A stretch of DNA of 64,000 nucleotides from Myxococcota bacterium (GTDB lineage: Bacteria > Myxococcota_A > UBA9160 > JAFDDA01), in assembly GCA_965228475.1 (NCBI GenBank), contig OZ245817.1, forward strand, positions 320,001-384,000. The letters run 5' to 3'. The position numbers were made by a program, and so were the translations under genes. Of this stretch, positions 57,826-64,000 are shown in pieces (the first letter of the stretch is position 1; every line of letters begins with the position of its first letter). Below the pieces are notes generated by a model. That model was not told the DNA's origin and searched no databases. It worked only from the letters and a program-made list of their open reading frames with translations.

Positions 57826-58488
57826 ATGGACGGCATGCACCCTCACCTGCCCGTCGGCGTCCCGTTCCGGCGGAACCGGTTCCTGCAGCGGCTGGCCCTC
57901 CTCTACCTCGCCTTCTGGGGATTTCTGGCGATCGCACCGCTCTCGCGGGAGACCTGGCTGCTCGAGAACCTGCTCGTCTTCGGCCTGGTCGGCGTGCTCG
58001 TCTGGACGCATCGCCGGTTCGTCTTCTCGAATCTCTCCTACGCCCTGATCGCGGCCTTCCTGATGCTCCACGCCGTCGGTTCGCACTACGCCTACTCGAA
58101 CGTCCCGTTCGGCGAGTGGCTCGAGAGCGCCTTCGGCTTCGGCCGCAACCACTACGACCGCATCGTGCACTTCTCCTTCGGTCTCCTGCTCGGCTACCCC
58201 CTGCGCGAGATGACCCTGCGCATCACCCACGTCCACGGCGCATGGAGCTACGTGATCCCGGTGCTCGCCGTCCTCGCGACGAGCTCCTTCTACGAGATCC
58301 TCGAGTCCTGGGCCGCGCGCATCGTGGATCCGGACCTCGGGATCGCCTTCGTCGGCGCCCAGGGCGACGTGTGGGACGGCCAGAAGGACATGGCCCTGGC
58401 GCTCGGGGGCACGCTGGTGGCCCTCGCGCTCGGCGAGGTCTACCGGCGACGCCGTGGCCACGAAGCCTACGTCGGGCCGGAGCAGTGA
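57826..58488 (+). CDS. DUF2238 (YjdF-like) membrane protein
   Basis: W.LEN, H.VG.HY.Y..VP, RNHYDR.VHF, YE..E, GAQGD.WD.QKDM. Confidence 0.88.
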   Translation: MDGMHPHLPVGVPFRRNRFLQRLALLYLAFWGFLAIAPLSRETWLLENLLVFGLVGVLVWTHRRFVFSNLSYALIAAFLMLHAVGSHYAYSNVPFGEWLESAFGFGRNHYDRIVHFSFGLLLGYPLREMTLRITHVHGAWSYVIPVLAVLATSSFYEILESWAARIVDPDLGIAFVGAQGDVWDGQKDMALALGGTLVALALGEVYRRRRGHEAYVGPEQ

Positions 58489-59003
58489 CGCCCGATCCCG
58501 CGCCCTCCCCGCACGACGAGACGACGGCCGAGCTGGCGCGGCTCTATCGGGAGAGCCCGGCCTGGCGCCAGGCCGCCTCGCGGATCTCCGACCGCTCGAC
58601 GAGCGGCGTCTGGTTCAGCCACCGCCCCGGCGACCCGTGGCACCTCGCGCGCGCGGGCGGTGTCACCGAGCTGCTGCCGGGCCCCGCGGACGACCCGGAC
58701 TTCATGTTCCGTTTCACGCCGGCCTCGGTGCGGGCGCTCCACGAGGTCGAGGGCGGTGTCGGCGACTTCGCCGTCCGGCTCTTCGAGCTGATGATCGACC
58801 CCGACCCCGAAGTCCGTGTGGGGTTCCGGATCGTCGCGTCCTTCGCACGGCTCGCCTACCGCGGCTACACCCGGCTGCTGCTCGAGAGCGGGCCCGCGCT
58901 CGCCGAGTTCGCGGCCTCCCACGGCGTCGTCGGCCTGGGCTCGCTGAGGCGGGTCATCGCGGCGCTGCGCGAGAGCGAGCCGGCGGAGTGGGAGGTCGTC
59001 TAG
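58485..59003 (+). CDS. Hypothetical protein (possibly SCP2-like)
   Basis: GTGA overlap with the upstream gene; DPDFMFRF; coding-like codon use. Confidence 0.55.
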   Translation: MTPDPAPSPHDETTAELARLYRESPAWRQAASRISDRSTSGVWFSHRPGDPWHLARAGGVTELLPGPADDPDFMFRFTPASVRALHEVEGGVGDFAVRLFELMIDPDPEVRVGFRIVASFARLAYRGYTRLLLESGPALAEFAASHGVVGLGSLRRVIAALRESEPAEWEVV

Positions 59004-59018
59004 GACGCGGCCGCTCCC

Positions 59019-59055
59019 AAAAAAGAAGCGCGCGGAGCGAGTTCGCTCCGCGCGC
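59019..59055 (-). terminator. Intrinsic terminator (minus strand)
   Basis: 12-bp GC stem GCGCGCGGAGCG/CGCTCCGCGCGC followed by TTCTTTTTT on the minus strand; second hairpin at 59080-59107. Confidence 0.7.
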
Positions 59056-59126
59056 CAACTGTCCCAAGGGACCGTCCATCCTGGCGAGGCGGGCGCGCCT
59101 CGCCAGGGTGGCGTTGTGTCGGACCC

Positions 59127-59423
59127 CTAGGCGGCCAGCTTCTCGTCGTCGTCGTAGCTGCCAGCCGTGGCGGGCTCGAGCGGCAGCACCGGGGCGCCAT
59201 CGGCGGCCGGCACGGTGCGGAAGGACGGCACCCAATCGCTCACGTTGAAGCCACCGTAGGACTTGTAGGCACCGCGGATCGCCAGGCCGAGGGCGAGATG
59301 CTCGATGAACATCAGCGGCGGCGGGACCTGGGCCACGCCGGTCGAGACGATCACGGTCAGCAGGGTGCCGATTCCGGCCACCAGGGCGAGGGTGTATGCA
59401 GCAAAGATCTTGTCGTTGTCCAA
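59127..59423 (-). CDS. Small hypothetical membrane protein
   Basis: TTG start after GGAG; two hydrophobic segments; flanked by a sigma54 site and a terminator. Confidence 0.55.
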   Translation of the reverse strand: MDNDKIFAAYTLALVAGIGTLLTVIVSTGVAQVPPPLMFIEHLALGLAIRGAYKSYGGFNVSDWVPSFRTVPAADGAPVLPLEPATAGSYDDDEKLAA

Positions 59424-59469
59424 CGGAGTGTCTCCATGAGCGGGTCAAAAACGATATGCCCCGGGGAAT

Positions 59470-59485
59470 TGCAGGGGGCGTGCCA
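59470..59485 (-). promoter_or_regulatory. Sigma54 -24/-12 promoter
   Basis: TGGCACGCCCCCTGCA (GG-N10-GC) about 45 nt upstream of 59423. Confidence 0.65.
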
Positions 59486-59758
59486 GGGAAGCCCGCGGGG
59501 CGAAGAATTCTGGCGCCCGCCCGGTCGGTCGTCGGATCGCCCTCTAACCCACTGAAAACGTTCACCTAAAACGGCAGCCACCGGGCGGCGTGGGCGGGGT
59601 TGCCCGGCCCGGAGCCCACCCCTCCGTCACCCTGTGCCGATTCCGGCCCCCGGGGTGTGACACCGTTCCCCAGGGGCCCATGCCGCAGTGCGGCATGGCG
59701 CCCCAGCCCCTGGGCGGTCCGCTCTCCTCCGCCTAGACTCGATCCCACGGAGGCCATC

Positions 59759-60046
59759 ATGAGGATTCGGTCCACCCTCGCCGTTCTGGCTCTCTTGCTG
59801 GCGGCGCCGGCCTACGCAGCCCCGGCCACCTACGTGCTCCAGACGCCTGGCGTCACCTGAGGCGGATCCTCTGCGAAGGCCCGTGCGGCCGTCGAGAGCG
59901 TCGAGCATGTGGAGGCCGTCTCCACCGACATGAACGAGCACACCGTGACCGTCACCTTCGATGACGAGAAGACGGGGCTTCCCGCCATCGTCGCGGCGTT
60001 GAACGACGCCGGGTACGTCGTGAAGGACCCGAAGAAGGTCGACTGA
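59759..60046 (+). CDS. Periplasmic heavy-metal-associated (HMA, MerP/CopZ-like) protein with in-frame UGA, candidate selenoprotein (UxxS)
   Basis: GGAGG RBS; signal peptide; PGVT-TGA(59858-60)-GGS aligns to GMTCxxC; frame continues V..V......TVTVTFD...IVAALNDAGY to TGA at 60044-46. Confidence 0.8.
59869..59898 (+). promoter_or_regulatory. Candidate bacterial SECIS hairpin
   Basis: CTCT-G-CGA-A-GGCC[CGTGC]GGCC-G-TCG-AGAG; loop separated from the UGA by 21 nt, with GU at loop positions 2-3. Confidence 0.65.
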
Positions 60047-60135
60047 GGCGCGCCCCGAGCTCGCGCCACCGCCGGCCCCTCGATCTTCGGGCCGCCCGGC
60101 GCGGTGAGGCGCGTATGATCGCCGGGGAGGAAACG

Positions 60136-61680
60136 ATGCACCCTGGCGCCCACGCGGAGAAGACCCCGGACAAGATCGCCTACGTCATGGCCGGCAGCGG
60201 CGAGGCCGTGACCTACCGCGAGCTCGACGAACGCTCGAGTCAGGCCGCAAATCTCCTGCGCTCGGTCGGCCTCCGGCCGGGCGACCACATCGCCCTGTGC
60301 ATGGAGAACAACGCCTCCTACTTCCCGATCTGCTGGGCGGCGCAGCGGTCGGGCCTCTACTTCACCTGCATCAGCTCGCGGCTCACGGCCGAAGAGGTGG
60401 CCTACATCGTCGACGACTGCGACGCGAAGGTCTTCATCGGCTCGAAGGCGAAGCGGGACGTGACCGAAGGCCTCGCCGAAGCCTGCCCGAAACTCGTGGC
60501 GCGCTTCCTCGTCGGAGACGCGGGCGACGGCTACGAGAACTGGGAGGACGCCGTCGCCGCGCAGCCCGTCGCGCCGAGCGGCGAGGAGGTCGAGGGCGGC
60601 CAGATGCTCTACAGCTCGGGCACCACGGGACGGCCGAAGGGCGTGAAGCATCCCCTCACCATGGAGCCCCTCGGGACGCCGCCGCCCCTGGCGCTCGGGA
60701 TCATGGGCATGTACGCGGGCAACGAGGAGAGCATCTACCTCTCGCCCGCACCGCTCTACCACGCCGCACCGCTCGGCTTCACGATGGCGTTCCTGCGACT
60801 CGGCGCGACGGTCATCGTGATGGAGCAGTTCGACGCGGTCGCTGCGCTCGGGCTGATCGAGAAGTACCGCGTGACCCACAGCCAATGGGTGCCCACGATG
60901 TTCGTGCGCATGCTGAAGCTGCCCGAGGCCGATCGCATGCGATCGGACGTCTCGAGCCTCACCCACGCCATCCACGCGGCGGCGCCGTGCCCCGTCCCCG
61001 TGAAGGAGGCGATGATCGAGTGGTGGGGCCCGGTGATCCACGAGTACTACGCCGGCACCGAAGGCAACGGCTTCTGCCGGATCGACAGCCACGAGTGGCT
61101 CGAGCACAAGGGCAGCGTCGGCAAGCCCATCAACGCGATCGTCCACATCCTCGACGAAGAGACCCAGGAAGAGCTGCCGCCGGGCGAGATCGGCGGGGTC
61201 TACTTCGAGAGCGGCGTCCGCTACGAGTATCACAAGGCCCCGGAAAAGACGGCCGACGCCAAGAGCAAGCAGGGCTACACGACGCTCGGCGACGTCGGCT
61301 ACGTCGACGAGGACGGCTTCCTCTACCTGACCGACCGCAAGGCCTTCATGATCATCACCGGCGGCGTGAACGTCTACCCGCAGGAGACCGAGAACTGCCT
61401 CATCACCCACCCGAAGGTCACGGACGTCGCCGTCATCGGCGTTCCGAACGAGGACTTCGGCGAGGAGGTGAAGGCCGTCGTCCAACCGGCGAGCTTGGCC
61501 GACGCGACTCCCGAGCTGGCCGAAGAGCTCATCGCGTACTGCCAGGAGCGCATCGCCGACGTGAAGTGCCCGCGCTCCGTCGACTTCCTCGAAGAACTCC
61601 CCCGGCATCCGACGGGCAAGCTCTACAAGCGCCTGCTCAAGGACCGCTACTGGGGGAAGGCGGACTCGAAGATCGTCTAG
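60136..61680 (+). CDS. Acyl-CoA synthetase (AMP-binding, fatty-acid CoA ligase-like)
   Basis: YSSGTTGRPKG, EYYAGTE, GDVGYVDEDGFLYLTDR, LPR.PTGKL. Confidence 0.95.
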   Translation: MHPGAHAEKTPDKIAYVMAGSGEAVTYRELDERSSQAANLLRSVGLRPGDHIALCMENNASYFPICWAAQRSGLYFTCISSRLTAEEVAYIVDDCDAKVFIGSKAKRDVTEGLAEACPKLVARFLVGDAGDGYENWEDAVAAQPVAPSGEEVEGGQMLYSSGTTGRPKGVKHPLTMEPLGTPPPLALGIMGMYAGNEESIYLSPAPLYHAAPLGFTMAFLRLGATVIVMEQFDAVAALGLIEKYRVTHSQWVPTMFVRMLKLPEADRMRSDVSSLTHAIHAAAPCPVPVKEAMIEWWGPVIHEYYAGTEGNGFCRIDSHEWLEHKGSVGKPINAIVHILDEETQEELPPGEIGGVYFESGVRYEYHKAPEKTADAKSKQGYTTLGDVGYVDEDGFLYLTDRKAFMIITGGVNVYPQETENCLITHPKVTDVAVIGVPNEDFGEEVKAVVQPASLADATPELAEELIAYCQERIADVKCPRSVDFLEELPRHPTGKLYKRLLKDRYWGKADSKIV

Positions 61681-62762
61681 CTCGCGGGCTTGCCCTCGAC
61701 CCGGAAGCGCACGCTTCCGAGGACGATGCCGAGGGGCGTGCGGACCCGGACCTCCCAATCGCCCGCCGGGTTCTCCGGGAAGTTCTCCTTGTGGCTCCAG
61801 GCGCGGAAGCCTTCGCGGCGGCCGCCCGTGATCTCCATCGGAATGCGGTCGACCAGCGCGCCGTCCTGGCGCCACTCGTGGACGACGCCCTGGTTCAGGC
61901 CGAGCGGCGCGCGGATAGGCGTGTAGGCGTAGAGCCCGTCTTCGTCCCAGGCCTCCGCACGAAGGACCTCCGCCGCACCGAGGGGTCGCTTCTCTTCTTC
62001 GTCGAGGGCCGTCGTCACGACCGGCTCGACGACCCGGGCGCTCATCGGAGGCAGGAGGCTTCGCCCGGCGAAGAGCCCGCCGCAGATCGCCGCGACGATC
62101 GCCGTGCTCACGAGGAAGCGACGGCGGCGCCGGCCCTCGGCGACGCGGTAGAGGAGCGGCCAGGTCGAGATCATCGTGAAGGCCATGGAGTAGAGGAGCG
62201 CTTCGTCGAGCGGGGCCTGGAACGCGATCGGGAGTGCCATGAAGCCGCACAGGAACATCGTGACGGCGTGGAAGCCGAGCAGCGCCACGCGCGAGCGGGC
62301 GAGGGTCAGGTGGTAGAGCGGGTCGATCGAAGCGACCGCGGTGAGCAGGACGATCAGGCCGGTGAAGACGACCTGGCCGCTCTCCCAGGTCGTCGAGAGC
62401 AGGGCGAAGGTCACCACGAAGAAGAGCGATTCCTGGTGGATGGCCTGGAGCGTGACCTGGAAGAGTCCGGTGCCGGCGCGGCTCCACCGGCTGTCGGGCA
62501 GCGTCGAGAGCAGGAAGGCCTCGAGGAGCAGCAGCGCCCAGCCCGCGAGCGCGGCCATCGCGATGCCCGCGGCCAGCGCCGGCTGGCGGTCGATGAACCA
62601 GTAGCTCGCGAAGCCGCTCGCGAGCCCGAACAGCGCGATCGGGACCTGGTAGCGCTCGAGCCACACCGGGACCCCATCGACGAGCTTCGCCACCGCGCCC
62701 TGCCAGCGCGGGGCGACGGACGGCGCGGCTTCGGCGGCCTCGGTGGGTGCGGACTCGGACAT
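61677..62762 (-). CDS. Membrane protein with C-terminal DUF2914-like domain
   Basis: QESLFF, SIDPLY, AYTPIRAP.GL...V.HEW, GGR.EGFRAWS.K, GDWEVRV.T. Confidence 0.75.
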   Translation of the reverse strand: MSESAPTEAAEAAPSVAPRWQGAVAKLVDGVPVWLERYQVPIALFGLASGFASYWFIDRQPALAAGIAMAALAGWALLLLEAFLLSTLPDSRWSRAGTGLFQVTLQAIHQESLFFVVTFALLSTTWESGQVVFTGLIVLLTAVASIDPLYHLTLARSRVALLGFHAVTMFLCGFMALPIAFQAPLDEALLYSMAFTMISTWPLLYRVAEGRRRRRFLVSTAIVAAICGGLFAGRSLLPPMSARVVEPVVTTALDEEEKRPLGAAEVLRAEAWDEDGLYAYTPIRAPLGLNQGVVHEWRQDGALVDRIPMEITGGRREGFRAWSHKENFPENPAGDWEVRVRTPLGIVLGSVRFRVEGKPAS

Positions 62763-62981
62763 GGGGCTCCCGGCGGGCGTCGGCCCGCGCGAAGCGCCGG
62801 AGGGTAGGGCAGCCCGGCGCTGGCTCGTGCCTGGGAAACCGAGGGCCGCCCGCGAGTTCTCGCGGACCGGACGAGGCCGCCGTCGAAAAGCTGGCCTCCG
62901 CCGAGCCCGCCGGAGTAGAATCCGAATCTAGATTCGGCTTCTGTCCGCTCCGGCGGCGGAGCCCCAGGCAGGAGCCCGGCG

Positions 62982-64000
62982 ATGGAACGCTTCGATCACT
63001 TCTTCATCGGCGGCGAGCACGTGGCGCCCTCTTCGGACGAGCGCATCACGGTGATCTCGCCCGCCTCGGAGGACCCCATCGGCTCCGTCCCGGCGGCCGT
63101 CGCCGCGGACGTGGATGCCGCCGTGGCCGCGGCGCGGAAGGCCTTCGAAGAGGGTCCGTTCCCGAAGTGGTCCCCTGCCGAGCGCGCGGCGGCGATCCGC
63201 CGGCTCTCCGCCGCGATCCAGAAGCGCGGGCCGCAGTTCGCCGAGACCATCGGGCGGCAGAACGGCGCGCCGATCGCGACGGCCCTCGGCACCCAGGTGA
63301 TCTCGGCGACGATGGCCCTCGACGCCTTCGCGGAGATCGCCGAGACCTACCCGTGGGAGAGCCGGCGCGCCGGCGGCCTCGGGCAACCGATCGACGTGCG
63401 CCAGGTTCCCGTCGGGGTCTGCGCGGCGATCGTCCCCTGGAACGTCCCGCTCTATCTCATGGCGACGAAGATCGGGCCGGCACTCGCCGCGGGTTGCACG
63501 CTCGTCGTGAAGCCCGCGCCGGAGACGGCCCTCGACCCGTACCTCCTGGCCGAGGCCATCGTGGAAGCCGAGATTCCGCCGGGCGTGATCAATATCGTGA
63601 CGGCCGAGCGCGAAGCGAGCGAGAGCCTGGTCACGCACCCGGGCATCGACAAGGTGAGCTTCACCGGCAGTAGCGCCGCCGGTGCACGGGTGGCGAGCCT
63701 GTGCGGTGCCGAGCTCAAGCGCTGCACGCTCGAGCTCGGTGGCAAGTCCGCGGCCATCCTGCGCGAAGACTTCGACCCCGGGAAGATCGAGACGCTCGTC
63801 GGCGCCGGCTTCCTGAACAACGGCCAGGCCTGCCTCGCCCAGACCCGCATCCTCGCGCCGCGCGCGCGATACGACGAGATCGTCGCGGCGCTCGGCGATT
63901 GCATCGCTGCCAAGCGGCTCGGCGATCCGATGGATCCGGCCACCGAGATCGGCCCGCTGGTCGCGGAGCGTCAGCGGGCCCGCGCGGAGGATCTGATCGC
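62982..64000 (+). CDS. Aldehyde dehydrogenase (3' truncated by window edge)
   Basis: FIGGE, IVPWNVP, KPAPET, FTGS, LELGGKS, NNGQAC. Confidence 0.95.
   Translation, partial: MERFDHFFIGGEHVAPSSDERITVISPASEDPIGSVPAAVAADVDAAVAAARKAFEEGPFPKWSPAERAAAIRRLSAAIQKRGPQFAETIGRQNGAPIATALGTQVISATMALDAFAEIAETYPWESRRAGGLGQPIDVRQVPVGVCAAIVPWNVPLYLMATKIGPALAAGCTLVVKPAPETALDPYLLAEAIVEAEIPPGVINIVTAEREASESLVTHPGIDKVSFTGSSAAGARVASLCGAELKRCTLELGGKSAAILREDFDPGKIETLVGAGFLNNGQACLAQTRILAPRARYDEIVAALGDCIAAKRLGDPMDPATEIGPLVAERQRARAEDLI

Noticed and set aside
59600..59860. 86-aa ORF from the track ending at TGA 59860
   Set aside because: The N-terminal part is Pro/Arg-rich noise; the real start is ATG 59759 (RBS, signal peptide) and HMA similarity continues past the TGA
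1..64000. tRNA-Sec, sel genes, integrases, transposases or defence systems
   Set aside because: None recognisable by eye in this window; Sec machinery must be sought elsewhere in the genome

Overview
A very GC-rich (about 70% by eye), gene-dense bacterial window with about 73 genes and no rRNA, tRNA, CRISPR array or transposase that I could recognise. The content (8 PEP-CTERM-type surface proteins, a secreted amidohydrolase with TSP3 repeats, many lipid/xenobiotic catabolic enzymes) suggests a Gram-negative Myxococcota/deltaproteobacteria-like organism (inference). Main blocks: (1) catabolic genes (TauD, thioesterases, SnoaL-like, amidohydrolase, SDR, GSTs); (2) an MSHA-type pilin cassette mshA/B-C-D-O-P-Q (18.7-24.6 kb); (3) a Na+/pH/bicarbonate block (26.7-38.4 kb) with nhaR and three minus-strand units (hpf-like-htpX; TerB-like-usp; sbtA-sbtB-mrpABCDEFG-CBS), each preceded by an identically spaced AAATAG-N18-WTYG-N7-CGAW box; (4) ArsR/VOC/SRPBCC and TetR/PhyH modules with palindromic operators; (5) a matrixin protease with six 279-bp tandem repeats. 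The top finding is a gene the ORF track truncates: 59759-60046 encodes a signal-peptide HMA (MerP/CopZ-like) protein whose first metal-binding Cys codon is an in-frame UGA (GVT-U-GGS), followed by a SECIS-like hairpin, i.e. a candidate periplasmic UxxS selenoprotein. All calls come from reading the sequence; no searches were run.
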